In this document: piece after piece, positions 30,744-40,096 of the stretch
Layout: each line of letters starts with the position of its first letter
How positions within the stretch are numbered: the stretch's first letter is position 1
Assembly: GCA_965208835.1 (NCBI GenBank)
Contig: OZ242358.1
Span: forward strand, 2,080,001-2,144,000
DNA from: Candidatus Latescibacterota bacterium
GTDB taxonomy: Bacteria; Latescibacterota; UBA2968; GCA-2709665
DNA: 64,000 nt
Reading direction: 5' to 3'
The notes under the pieces: generated by a model
Databases searched by the model: none
What the model was told of the DNA's origin: nothing
The model's input: the letters and a program-made list of their open reading frames with translations, nothing else
Made by a program: the position numbers and the translations under genes

Positions 30744-30952
30744 GACGGTGATCTCCAAAACTGTCGGACGGCGACGAAAACGGACAGCGGTAGCGGCAGG
30801 GCTGCGGGCAGGCGTGCCCCGGCCCTGATCCGTCCCGCCCGATCGCGTCCTAAGCCAACTCAAATTGGGATGCAAGTTAACCCTATCCGGCCGCGCTCGT
30901 CAAGCCGAACCTGTGTGAATCCCTTCCTGTGTTTCCAATGCAAGCCAGGTTA

Positions 30953-31160
30953 GAAGCCGTCTTAAAACTCCCAGCGGTCTTGGAGGGCTGTGAAAGCGCC
31001 GGTCGCGTTGGTTAAACCCGCCAGTATACAGAGGTCGAGGCTGTGCTTGCTCGCCTCTCTTGGGAGGATTCTCCCGTCGGCGCTGCGTGCCCCTCGCGCC
31101 TCATAACCGATGCTTCTGCGCTCGCACTCGGAAACTCACCGGGAATTCCAAAACAGCTTC
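30953..31160. mobile_element. MITE-like repeat family B copy (208 bp, diverged)
   Basis: GAAGCCGTCTTAAAA...CAAAACAGCTTC; flanks TTA/TCA. Confidence 0.8.
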
Positions 31161-31173
31161 TCATTGTATTCCC

Positions 31174-31202
31174 TTGACTTGCCTGTGGCGTTTGCTTAAG
31201 TT
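31174..31202 (+). promoter_or_regulatory. Sigma70-like promoter upstream of the structured leader and bamD
   Basis: TTGACT-17 bp-TAAGTT. Confidence 0.55.
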
Positions 31203-31230
31203 TTTTCGATCTGCGGACGAAAGTGGCACA

Positions 31231-31434
31231 GGGGCCTCGGTTTCTCGTGTTTTCGGTCTGTCGGCGATCGGGTTGCCGTGCAGGTTTTGTTCGGAACCGT
31301 CCGTGGGTTTCCAGAGTCAAAGGTAGGGGTGTCGGTAGTGACGACCGGCTCCACGGAATGCGCCACTCGAATACGAACGGATTTCCGGGTGGCCGAACGC
31401 GCCGACCGCTCGGGGTTGGGATAAACACGGCCCC
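31231..31434 (+). ncRNA. Candidate ~200-nt rod-like structured RNA (6S-like or unknown)
   Basis: Nested complementary segments found by hand, with G-U pairs favouring the + strand; promoter upstream and T-rich tract downstream. Confidence 0.35.
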
Positions 31435-31465
31435 GATTTTCTGTTATTACACGATAGGCAAGGGT

Positions 31466-32287
31466 ATGTTGAAGCGGAGTATGGTTGTTCTGTGTTCTCT
31501 TGGCCTGCTGGCAATGGCGGGATGCGCGCAGAACAGATATCGCCACCCCAGCGCGGACCTCTATCTGGAAAAAGCGAATGAGGCGCTGGAGAAGAAGGAC
31601 TGCTGGGAGGCTCAGAAGCTGCTCCGCAATCTGCTTTCGGATTTTCCCGGGTCCCATCTGGTCGATCGCGCCCAGTACAAGCTGGGCTTTGCGTATCTGT
31701 GCAATAGAGACTACGTAACCGCCGTATTTGAATTCGAGCGTCTTCTGAATGAGTTTCCCACCAGTCCGTTTGTCGATCAGGCGCGGTATCAGATCGGCGT
31801 GTGTTATTACCGGCAGTCTCGGGGAATCCACCACGACCAGGACGAGACCCATAAGGCCATCAGGGAGTTTGAACGGTTTATCGAGGACTTTCCAGACAGC
31901 GATCTCGTACCGGGCACCCGTGACAGAATCCGGGAACTACGAACGAAGTTGGCGCGGAAGAAACTCATGGTCGCCGAAAACTACATTCAGTGGGATATGT
32001 ATGAATCCGCCGGGCGCTATTGCGAGATTGTCCTGAAGGAATTCGACGATACCGTGCTCGCGTCGAGAGCGCGCTTTCTTCTGGCCCGGACGAAACATCG
32101 CCTGGGGGCGCTGGACGAAGCGCTCGAAATATTGAGGCTCCTGGCCGCGGATGGCGTTCAGGATGAACTCAAACAGGACATTGCGGATGAGATCCGCCAG
32201 ATTGAGAAAACCCGTGCCGCGCAGAAAGACGAACTCAGGAAGCCCGCGGAGAAGGCAGACGGCTCCAGTGCCGCAAATACCCGGTGA
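31466..32287 (+). CDS. bamD: Outer membrane protein assembly factor BamD (TPR lipoprotein)
   Basis: Lipobox LAMAGC; TPR repeats with FPGS/FPTS/FPDS; HHDQDETHKA and KLARK motifs. Confidence 0.88.
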   Translation: MLKRSMVVLCSLGLLAMAGCAQNRYRHPSADLYLEKANEALEKKDCWEAQKLLRNLLSDFPGSHLVDRAQYKLGFAYLCNRDYVTAVFEFERLLNEFPTSPFVDQARYQIGVCYYRQSRGIHHDQDETHKAIREFERFIEDFPDSDLVPGTRDRIRELRTKLARKKLMVAENYIQWDMYESAGRYCEIVLKEFDDTVLASRARFLLARTKHRLGALDEALEILRLLAADGVQDELKQDIADEIRQIEKTRAAQKDELRKPAEKADGSSAANTR

Positions 32288-32293
32288 GGCGGT

Positions 32294-32881
32294 ATGGACG
32301 GAAGGATCGGCATTCTCGGCGGCACGTTCGATCCGATTCATCACGGCCATCTGATCATCGCGCAGGAAGCGTTGGCAACGTGTCATCTGAATCGGGTTCT
32401 GTTCGTTCCTTCGGCGGACCCTCCCCACAAGAGAGTTGCCGATATGGCGCCGGCGGAGGCGCGCGCAAGAATGGTGGCCCTCGCCGTGGACAGACATCCC
32501 CGGTTTGAACTGTGCCGGATAGAAATGGAGCGAACCGGCAAGTCTTATACCGTCGAGACGCTCAGGCGGCTCCGCGGTAAACTGGGGTCCGGGCCTGATT
32601 TTTATTTGATCATTGGCGCTGACAGTGCGTTGGAAATGCCAACGTGGTGCGATCCCCAGGGCGTCGTGGACCTGGCCCGCGTAACGGTAATGGGCCGGCC
32701 GGGATTTCCGCGCGACGAAGTAGACGCGCGAATAGCTGAACGAATGTGTTATCTGGACTCCCCGCTGCTCGAAATCTCCTCTACACAGATCCGTTCGCGT
32801 GTTCGTACGGGATTGCCCATTCGGTACTGGGTACCGGAAAACGTCGCTCGATTTATCGAAACGCACCGCCTCTACCGATAG
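32294..32881 (+). CDS. nadD: Nicotinate-nucleotide adenylyltransferase
   Basis: GGTFDPIHHGH, PPHK, SYT and ISSTQIR motifs. Confidence 0.95.
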   Translation: MDGRIGILGGTFDPIHHGHLIIAQEALATCHLNRVLFVPSADPPHKRVADMAPAEARARMVALAVDRHPRFELCRIEMERTGKSYTVETLRRLRGKLGSGPDFYLIIGADSALEMPTWCDPQGVVDLARVTVMGRPGFPRDEVDARIAERMCYLDSPLLEISSTQIRSRVRTGLPIRYWVPENVARFIETHRLYR

Positions 32882-32896
32882 CAAAGCGAGCAAGCA

Positions 32897-33163
32897 ATGG
32901 CCGAGTCATCGGAGGACCAGACCCGCAGAAGCTCACAACTCGGCGGAAAGCCCGAGGGACGAATCCAGCGGTATTTCTGTATGGACGACGAAAAATACCA
33001 CGCGTTGGCCAGGGTTTCCAAAGAGGCGACGGTAATGCGACGTATCCCCAAACGGATTCGGGTAATGGGCAAGGACGTGGACGGATGGGTTGTTGAAGTC
33101 ATGGTGCCGGCGACCGACGGCGTGGTACGTGTGGATCCGCTCGAAGGCGCGGACAAGATCTGA
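32897..33163 (+). CDS. Hypothetical protein (88 aa)
   Basis: Co-oriented ORF 15 bp after nadD; no recognisable motif. Confidence 0.5.
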   Translation: MAESSEDQTRRSSQLGGKPEGRIQRYFCMDDEKYHALARVSKEATVMRRIPKRIRVMGKDVDGWVVEVMVPATDGVVRVDPLEGADKI

Positions 33164-33250
33164 CTTCGGCGCCGCCGGTACAGATCGTATGTTGGGATTC
33201 CCATTGTGACCGGATGGCGCCGCCGTGCCCCTGACAGTTGAGGAGGCAGG

Positions 33251-33562
33251 ATGATACTGACAGACGGCCTTAACCGCGGTGAGACCACATTTGTAACGAT
33301 CTACGGGCGTCAATACCCCGTTCAGAGTCGTGAGTCGTCTGAATATACCCAACGGGTTGCAGACCTTGTCGATCGGCGTATGAAGGAGATCGCATCTCAG
33401 CAGAAGCTGGCCGAACCCACGAAAATAGCTATAATCGCGGCATTGGATATCGCCGACAGGCTGCTGAAGTTCCGGTCGGGACGCGAAGCGGCGGGCCGGC
33501 AGGCCGAGGAGATTGCGGCGCGTCTGACAATGTTACTGGACGAAGAGGATGGCGGCGCCTAG
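33251..33562 (+). CDS. zapA: Cell division protein ZapA
   Basis: VTIYGRQYPV, VADLVDRRMKEI and KIAIIAALDIAD followed by a coiled coil. Confidence 0.88.
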   Translation: MILTDGLNRGETTFVTIYGRQYPVQSRESSEYTQRVADLVDRRMKEIASQQKLAEPTKIAIIAALDIADRLLKFRSGREAAGRQAEEIAARLTMLLDEEDGGA

Positions 33563-33716
33563 TGTTCTGTCCCGGAAATAAGTTGCCTGAATTCGACCGA
33601 GGAGTCGCCCGTCTCGCAAGGCGCCTCCGACCTGCGTAAGGTCGGCGAGCGAGGGGAACGTAGCGAGACGGGATGAATCGACGGTCGAATGGTGAGAAAT
33701 TTTTGGGACAGGACAC
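33562..33716. mobile_element. MITE-like element family C (155-bp long hairpin)
   Basis: TIRs GTGTTCTGTCCC / GGGACAGGACAC; nested inverted repeats; starts inside the zapA TAG. Confidence 0.6.
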
Positions 33717-33718
33717 AA

Positions 33719-33771
33719 GCGGTCCGTTGATAACGTCGCTCTGCAGGCGAGGCCGTTTCAACACGGGCCGA
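33719..33771. mobile_element. MITE-like repeat family A, collapsed copy
   Basis: GGTCCGTTGATAACGTCGCTCTGCAGGCGAGGCC followed by a degenerate right end TTTCAACACGGGCCG. Confidence 0.7.
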
Positions 33772-33781
33772 ACAGCCTGAG

Positions 33782-34480
33782 TCACGGCATTTTTATCAGT
33801 TTGTATCTGAAGATCGTGTAGAGAATCTTCCAGCCAGCCCGGATCGTGCCGCCGACGGTTCCTGTGATCTTGGAAACGCCGATACGACGGCGATAACTTA
33901 CCGGGACTTCGAGGTACCGCAATTTCAACCGGGCAGCCTTTACCTGCATCTCCACGGTCCAACCGAAAGTCCTGTCCTGCATTTCGAGCCGTAGCAGCGC
34001 CGGATACGTTACTGCGCGGAATGGCCCGAGGTCGGTGAAGCAGGCGTCAAACAGCCGTCGGATGAGCCAGGTGGCCAGCCAGTTGCCGAAGCGAGCTTGC
34101 GGAAGCAGTGCGCCGGCCTCCCGGTTGCCGAGTATGCGCGAGCCGATCACGAGGTCCGCGTGACCCTCGACGATCGGCTTTACCAGGCCCGTCATTTCAC
34201 CGGGGTAGTCACTGTAATCGCCGTCCAGGAATACCACAATATCGGGTTTATGCAGGGCGGCGATGCCCGCCAGGCAGGCCCACCCGTATCCTCTTCGATG
34301 TTCGTGAACGATACGGGCCCCCATCTGCCTGGCCAGCTCGACCGTTCGGTCGGTGGAGCCGTTATCCACCACCACCACGTCGGCTTCGAGATGGCCCGGA
34401 ATATCGGACAGTACATTCTGAATGGCCTTCTGCTCGTTGAAAACCGGGATGATCACGGAGATCCTGGGTGGGGTGCGCAT
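33782..34480 (-). CDS. Glycosyltransferase family 2
   Basis: SVIIPVFNE, VVDNGSTD, RGYG, FLDGD and TDLGPFRA motifs. Confidence 0.92.
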   Translation of the reverse strand: MRTPPRISVIIPVFNEQKAIQNVLSDIPGHLEADVVVVDNGSTDRTVELARQMGARIVHEHRRGYGWACLAGIAALHKPDIVVFLDGDYSDYPGEMTGLVKPIVEGHADLVIGSRILGNREAGALLPQARFGNWLATWLIRRLFDACFTDLGPFRAVTYPALLRLEMQDRTFGWTVEMQVKAARLKLRYLEVPVSYRRRIGVSKITGTVGGTIRAGWKILYTIFRYKLIKMP

Positions 34481-34515
34481 GGCGGGGACGTCTGTGGGGG
34501 TGGGGTAAATCGCGT

Positions 34516-34716
34516 TTATTCTCGATCCGGCGGTTTTCGTATCATTCGGGTCATTTTCGAGCCGCTCCTTCCTTTCAGGCGAGCGACAAGAATAAAGATG
34601 CAGAAGACGATACCCAGGATAACGGTACCGACGACCTTGTCGGGATGATCCACAAACCACATCAGTCCCAGGGTGATCAGCAGGCAGATGCCCGCAATGA
34701 TACGCTCTCTGGTCAT
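34516..34716 (-). CDS. Small two-TM membrane protein (66 aa; may extend to the ATG at 34929)
   Basis: Two hydrophobic stretches (IIAGICLLITLGLMWFV; VVGTVILGIVFCIFILVA) and a basic tail; GAGG SD. Confidence 0.55.
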   Translation of the reverse strand: MTRERIIAGICLLITLGLMWFVDHPDKVVGTVILGIVFCIFILVARLKGRSGSKMTRMIRKPPDRE

Positions 34717-34925
34717 CGGATCCGCCTCTCTTTCGCGTCTGGGATCGTGGGCCTCTGTCACCGGAAATCTAACGGACGAAACGATCGTTGTCAATTGATT
34801 CAGCCCGCAGGCGGCCGCCTGCAGGCTGACCGGAACCTGCGATTCAATAGTCCCCGCCGCCGCGCGTTCGGAACCGCTTCTATGGACCTGCACCTCGGGG
34901 GGCTCGGGTTTTTTCGCGAGTCGGT

Positions 34926-36149
34926 TCATTCGTGCTGCCCGCCACGTGGAGACCTGTCTGGAGGTGCGCTGACCGTGAGGGTTTCCGGTACCAGGAACGC
35001 GAAGGTGCCGGCGGCAAGAAGGCCGAAACCTGCGATTGCGAATGTGGCAGGGGAGAGTCCGAGCAGGTCGGCGATGCCCCCGATCACGAGAGGCGCGCCC
35101 ATGTGGCCCGTTTCCCCGACGAGGCGCCACGCTCCCAGAAACTCTCCGATCGAATCTCCGGGCGCAAGGTCCGCGCCAAGCGTCATCATGGAACCGGAGC
35201 CGATTCCGTTGCCCAAGCCCAGAAGCGCCGTCGCCAGAAGCAGCCCCGTAAAGCTGTGGGTGAAGGGTATGGCGGCCATAGCGACCGCTTGAATCAGGAA
35301 ACAGGGCACCATAGCGAACTTTCTTCCGAATCGGTCCATGATATGACCGGCCGGGTAGAATAGCGACATATCCAGCAGCGCGGAAATCGTGATGATCCAG
35401 CCGATGGCCTGAACGTCCAGACCAATCACGTCGGCGGCATAAAGGGGCACGACAACGTGGCGCCCGGCTCGAATGGTCTGCGCAAAGAGCTGTCCGGAAC
35501 CCGCGGTGGCAAGTTCTCGAAAATGCGATTTGAATATCGTTAGAAGGGGTCTCAGACGTCCCGGGCGGACATCCCGGGGTCCGGATGACGTATCGGACAC
35601 AAAACTCGATACCGCGATGAATACGACAACGGTCGCCAGACCTCCAAACACGAGGAACGGAGTTTCCAGACCGTAGATTCTGCCGAGTTCCCCGGCCGCC
35701 GCCGGTCCCGCGAAGGTCCCGATGCGGTGAATACCGCCGAAGATCGAGAGTGCCCTTCCGCGATGAAAGACGGGGGCGGCGTCGACCAGGTAGGCGTGGC
35801 ACGAAATGTGCCAGAGGGAACCGCCCACGCCGGCGACAAGACGAAGGCAGACGACCTCGTAGATGTCGCGCGCCCAAAACAGGGCAAGCGTGGAGACGGC
35901 AATGAAGCCTACGCCGAGAATCATCGCGGACTTCCGACCGAGATTTCCGATCAGAATGCCGGCCGGTAGCGCGCCGACCAGCCTGCCCACGCCTTCGGCG
36001 GCAAGCACGACGCCGATAAGGCCGTAAGACGCACTGAGTGTCTTTGCGTATAACGGAAGGATGGGAATGAGCATTCCGTTGCCGAACATCAGCAGCAGGC
36101 ACGGAACGTAAACGGGCAGGACAAGCGGATTGCGAGCGTGTATCGTCAT
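34926..36149 (-). CDS. MFS transporter
   Basis: About 12 TM segments; motif A-like GILIGNLGRK and GHIMDRFGRK. Confidence 0.92.
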   Translation of the reverse strand: MTIHARNPLVLPVYVPCLLLMFGNGMLIPILPLYAKTLSASYGLIGVVLAAEGVGRLVGALPAGILIGNLGRKSAMILGVGFIAVSTLALFWARDIYEVVCLRLVAGVGGSLWHISCHAYLVDAAPVFHRGRALSIFGGIHRIGTFAGPAAAGELGRIYGLETPFLVFGGLATVVVFIAVSSFVSDTSSGPRDVRPGRLRPLLTIFKSHFRELATAGSGQLFAQTIRAGRHVVVPLYAADVIGLDVQAIGWIITISALLDMSLFYPAGHIMDRFGRKFAMVPCFLIQAVAMAAIPFTHSFTGLLLATALLGLGNGIGSGSMMTLGADLAPGDSIGEFLGAWRLVGETGHMGAPLVIGGIADLLGLSPATFAIAGFGLLAAGTFAFLVPETLTVSAPPDRSPRGGQHE

Positions 36150-36185
36150 TGGGATCGAGGGGGTGTACGGGGCTTGGAAGACGGT

Positions 36186-36214
36186 ATGTTAAACAGCTGT
36201 TGGGGTTTTGTCAA
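36186..36214 (-). promoter_or_regulatory. Sigma70 promoter for the MFS transporter
   Basis: TTGACA-17 bp-TAACAT on the minus strand; AACAGCTGTT palindrome in the spacer. Confidence 0.6.
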
Positions 36215-36285
36215 GGAGCGCATCGGTTTAAACGTACGGGACAGTTCGACACGCCGCGTACATCCTGGGAAAGGCAGGATTAACC

Positions 36286-37248
36286 ATGAAGATTGTACTT
36301 TGTCCGCCTGTCAGCGACGCATTATGTGAACAGGTTCGCCGAACCGTGCCTGGGGCGGAGGTGGTGACGGCTTCGATGGATGTAGCGCCCGCGGTGGTCG
36401 GGGATGCGGACGTGATTTTCGGGATGTACAATGAGAAAATCATCGCTGCGGCAACGCAGGTCAGGTGGATTCAAACGACCAGCGCCGGCATGGATATGTT
36501 GATGGACATTCCAGGCGTTCGGGAGGGACAGTTCAGATTGAGCAACGCCAGCGGGCTGCATGCGCTGCAGGTGGCGGAACACGCCTGGGCGCTGACGGCG
36601 GCGCTGTTCCGCGGTCTGCACGTTTACGTAAGGAACCAGCTTGCGCGCAAATGGACGGGAGCGCCAATTCAGGATCTCTATGGGGCCACGGCGGGGATCG
36701 TCGGGTTCGGCGGAATCGGGCGGCGGTACGCATCTCTGGCCAGGGGATTCGACATGCGGGTCCTTGCGGTGGACGTACAGCAGACGGAGAGGCCGGACTA
36801 CGTCGAGGCATTGTGGGGACCGGAACGGCTGGATGATCTGCTGGCAGCATCCGACGTGGTGTTTATCGCTTGTCCTTACACGCCTGAGACGGAGAGGCTG
36901 ATCAATGCACGTGCGTTCCAATTGATGAAGGAATCGGCGTTCCTGGTCAACACGGCGCGGGGTCCGATTGTTGACGAAGCGGCGCTGGTCGACGCGCTCA
37001 GGTCAGCCGAAATCGCCGGCGCCGGGCTGGACGTCTTCGAAACGGAACCGTTGCCGGACACCAGCCCGCTCTGGGAGATGGAGAACGTGATCATCACGAC
37101 CCACTCGGCCGGCGTCTCCAGCTACCGTCCGCAACGTACGGTTGACTTTTTCTGTGAGAATTTGCGGCGGTTTATGGCCGGGGAGCCGTTATTGAACGAG
37201 ACGGACCGGAATCTGGGATACCCCGCGTTGGGAAGGCGCGTCGAGTGA
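36286..37248 (+). CDS. D-2-hydroxyacid dehydrogenase (SerA-like family)
   Basis: GIVGFGGIG, VNTARG, AGLDVFETEP and TTHSAG motifs. Confidence 0.92.
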   Translation: MKIVLCPPVSDALCEQVRRTVPGAEVVTASMDVAPAVVGDADVIFGMYNEKIIAAATQVRWIQTTSAGMDMLMDIPGVREGQFRLSNASGLHALQVAEHAWALTAALFRGLHVYVRNQLARKWTGAPIQDLYGATAGIVGFGGIGRRYASLARGFDMRVLAVDVQQTERPDYVEALWGPERLDDLLAASDVVFIACPYTPETERLINARAFQLMKESAFLVNTARGPIVDEAALVDALRSAEIAGAGLDVFETEPLPDTSPLWEMENVIITTHSAGVSSYRPQRTVDFFCENLRRFMAGEPLLNETDRNLGYPALGRRVE

Positions 37249-37279
37249 CCTGCACACGGAATTATCGGAGAGATCGATC

Positions 37280-38611
37280 ATGGCGGAGATCAGGGCATTT
37301 CGCGGAGTCCGGTACGCGACTGACAGGATAGGCGACATTGGAGACGTCGTCGCGCCCCCGTATGATGTAATCGACGGGTCGATGCAACGTGCATTGTACG
37401 ACGCACATCCGAACAACATCGTGCGAATTATCCAGGGCATCGGGAATGAAGGCGATTCGATCGATGAGAACCGCTACACCCGCGCCGCGGATGCATATCG
37501 GAACTGGCTCGAACAGGGCGTGCTCGTCAGGGACCAGGACGACGGAATTTATCTTTACGCACAGGATTTCGACGTCAGTACTCCCGACGGGAAAAAAAAG
37601 AAGACCAGGCTGGGGATTGTCGCGCTGGTGCGCGCGGACGCGCTGGGGAAAGGCGCGATTCTGCCGCATGAGAACACCATGCCGGGACCCAAGGCCGACA
37701 GGCTGGCGCTCATGCGGCACACCCGGGCGGCCTTCGGCCAGATCTTTTCGTTATACTCCGACCCCGCCGGACAGGTGCGGGAAATCCTGGCGCCCGTCCT
37801 GGATGATGCCCCGCTCTTCGCGTTCCGCGGGGAAGATGGCGTCGGACACCGCTTCTGGCGGACAACGGATCAGGCCGTGATTTGCGGCGTTGCCAATGTG
37901 CTGAATGACAGGCCGTTTTTCATAGCCGACGGACATCATCGATACGAAACCGCGGTGGTATACAGGGACGAATGCGCAGCGGCCGACAACGAGGATTGGC
38001 AGGGAAGGCCCTACGGATACCGGATGCACACGCTGGTGAATATGGACGACACGGAAGGGATGGCCATCAATGCGATTCACCGTGTGGTCATGGATCTGGG
38101 AGTGGACGGGGTCGAAAGACTCATCCGGGGACTTGCGGAACTGTGCGACTTCGAACGGTTGCCCCTCCGCAATACGCAATTGGCATTGCGAGAGCTGAAA
38201 CGGCGCGCCGTGCGCGGGGCCGTATTCGGATTCTGCCACGGAGCGTGTTCCGACGTTCACTTTCTGAAATTGAAGAGCGGCGTTCGGGCTTCCGATCTGG
38301 ACGGCGGAAATCACTCGGAGGCCTGGCGAAGGCTGGACACGGGCTTGCTGCAACTGATACTGGGCAGGGTGCTGGATCTGGATCAGGAAACGCTGGCCGC
38401 GGGCGAAAAGGTGAAGTTCGTAAAGGTCGAGCGGGAGGTGCTGGACCTGGTGAAGGCGGCGCCCGATCGGGCGGGCTTCTTCCTCAATCCGGTGGGCATG
38501 GAACAGTTGCGCGACGTTGTGCTGGCCGGGGAGCGAATGCCTCCCAAATCCACGTTCTTCTATCCGAAGGTATATTCAGGACTGGTGATTCAGGATCTGC
38601 AGTCGTTCTGA
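37280..38611 (+). CDS. DUF1015 family protein
   Basis: VAPPYDVI, ILPHENT, IADGHHRYETA and MPPKSTFFYPK motifs. Confidence 0.9.
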   Translation: MAEIRAFRGVRYATDRIGDIGDVVAPPYDVIDGSMQRALYDAHPNNIVRIIQGIGNEGDSIDENRYTRAADAYRNWLEQGVLVRDQDDGIYLYAQDFDVSTPDGKKKKTRLGIVALVRADALGKGAILPHENTMPGPKADRLALMRHTRAAFGQIFSLYSDPAGQVREILAPVLDDAPLFAFRGEDGVGHRFWRTTDQAVICGVANVLNDRPFFIADGHHRYETAVVYRDECAAADNEDWQGRPYGYRMHTLVNMDDTEGMAINAIHRVVMDLGVDGVERLIRGLAELCDFERLPLRNTQLALRELKRRAVRGAVFGFCHGACSDVHFLKLKSGVRASDLDGGNHSEAWRRLDTGLLQLILGRVLDLDQETLAAGEKVKFVKVEREVLDLVKAAPDRAGFFLNPVGMEQLRDVVLAGERMPPKSTFFYPKVYSGLVIQDLQSF

Positions 38612-38640
38612 CAGACGCAATGCACCAACGTAAAATCAGA

Positions 38641-38672
38641 AAAAAAGAAGGGGCGCCGCGCGCCCCTTCTTC
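38641..38672 (-). terminator. Intrinsic terminator between the convergent DUF1015 and peptidase genes
   Basis: A-run followed by the stem GAAGGGGCGC / GCGCCCCTTC. Confidence 0.65.
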
Positions 38673-38729
38673 GAATGGAGCCCCTGCTGTGCCGGATCGG
38701 AAGCGCGCGACGAGGATATCCGGGGGGCG

Positions 38730-39911
38730 TTAGAGTACCGGCAGGTCTTCGGGAGCGGGTTCGGAGAGGATCTCGAAGCCTCTATCCGTCACCACAACAT
38801 CCTCTTCGAGCATGAAATAGGCGCCTTCCGTGTAGAGAGAGGGTTCGACGGTGAGAACCATGCCTTCCTCCAGCAATGTGTCGTCTTCGAGTTCGATGAA
38901 GGGCGGTTCGATAATGTCGAGTCCGATGGCATGGCCGATCCCGGTGACGTGCCGCGCCTGCTCCGCGTAGCCCGCCCGCTTCAATGTCTCGTTCGAGACG
39001 CGAACCAGATCCGAAATCGGAATGCCGGGCCGGATCGTGCCGACCGCCGCTAGCAGGCATTCGTGGACGGTTCTGTACGCGTCTTTGTGTTTCTGAATAG
39101 CCCGTCCCAGCCCGAACATCCGAGTGTAGTCCGACCAGTATCCGCGGTACACGCCGCCGGCGTCGTGGGCGATGAGTTCTCCTTCGGTCAGCACGCGGTC
39201 GGTGTGTCGGCGCAGGCTTCGGTTGCTGCTGCGTGCATCCCCGGGGATGCACGTGGCCAGCGTGATCGAACCGGGCGCGTCCATTCCCCGTTTCAGGTGC
39301 TCCACACACAGCAGGCTATATAGATCTCTTTCTGTCATACCCGGTCTGACGGTGTCGAAAAGGGTGCGATAGGACCGATTGGTGATACTGACGGCCTCGC
39401 GGATGTAGTCGATCTCTGCGCTGGACTTGGTGAATCGGGTCTTCCAGAGCAACTGCGAGGCATCGGTGAATTCTACGCCTGGCAGATTGGATTTCAGCTG
39501 GCCGAAGTCGTCGTAGGGCATTCGCGACCAGAGTACGCCGCCCGATTCGGCGCCGACGCGGGCGCCAGGGCCGAGTTCGCGGATGACTTCTGTCAGAAGG
39601 GAAACCCCTGCCCGTACGCGGATGGGCGGTTGATACGTGCGCAGGTCTTCGATCCAGGCGTCCTCCTCGCACATCCCCGTTTCCAGCGGCGGGACGATGA
39701 GTACCGGGTCGCGTTCGAGCGGAAGCAGGGCGAACAGCGAGGTGAACTTGTGCCCCCAGCGATGCGTCCAGTGCCCGGTGAAGTAGCGATGGTTCGTGTC
39801 CGTGGTAATCAGGACCGCGTCCAGGCGGTCACGGGACATGAGATCCCGGAGCCCGGTCAGACGTCGTTCATATTCACAGGCATCGAAATCGGCGTACTGG
39901 CTGGTAAGCAC
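38730..39911 (-). CDS. Xaa-Pro peptidase family (M24) metallopeptidase
   Basis: Metal ligands in HDAGG, SDYTR, GHAIG, VEP and LEED; GTG at 39911 after AAGGGG. Confidence 0.9.
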   Translation of the reverse strand: MLTSQYADFDACEYERRLTGLRDLMSRDRLDAVLITTDTNHRYFTGHWTHRWGHKFTSLFALLPLERDPVLIVPPLETGMCEEDAWIEDLRTYQPPIRVRAGVSLLTEVIRELGPGARVGAESGGVLWSRMPYDDFGQLKSNLPGVEFTDASQLLWKTRFTKSSAEIDYIREAVSITNRSYRTLFDTVRPGMTERDLYSLLCVEHLKRGMDAPGSITLATCIPGDARSSNRSLRRHTDRVLTEGELIAHDAGGVYRGYWSDYTRMFGLGRAIQKHKDAYRTVHECLLAAVGTIRPGIPISDLVRVSNETLKRAGYAEQARHVTGIGHAIGLDIIEPPFIELEDDTLLEEGMVLTVEPSLYTEGAYFMLEEDVVVTDRGFEILSEPAPEDLPVL

Positions 39912-39934
39912 AACGGAATCCCCTTTTGATGTTG

Positions 39935-40096
39935 GAAGCTGTTTTAAAATTACCGGTGAGTTCCCGAGCGCGAGCGAAAAAGTGACGGTCAAGGCGGGAA
40001 AATCCGCCCATATTTGTCTATACGGGTGGGTTTGACCAACGCCGACCGGCGCTTTTGCAGCCGTGCGAAGACCGCTGGGAATTTTAAGACAGCTTC
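39935..40096. mobile_element. MITE-like repeat family B copy (162 bp, reverse orientation)
   Basis: GAAGCTGTTTTAAAATT...ATTTTAAGACAGCTTC; near-identical reverse complement of 56900-57061. Confidence 0.9.

Noticed and set aside
31231-31370. tmRNA-like words (GGGGCC..GGTTTC; CCGGCTCCAC) or SRP RNA
   Set aside because: No T-loop, no CCA end, too short for tmRNA, and no SRP helix-8 GGAA motif
34516-36102. 528-aa ORF overlapping the MFS gene in another frame
   Set aside because: Only the last 66-137 aa look protein-like; the rest is an Arg-rich shadow of the MFS
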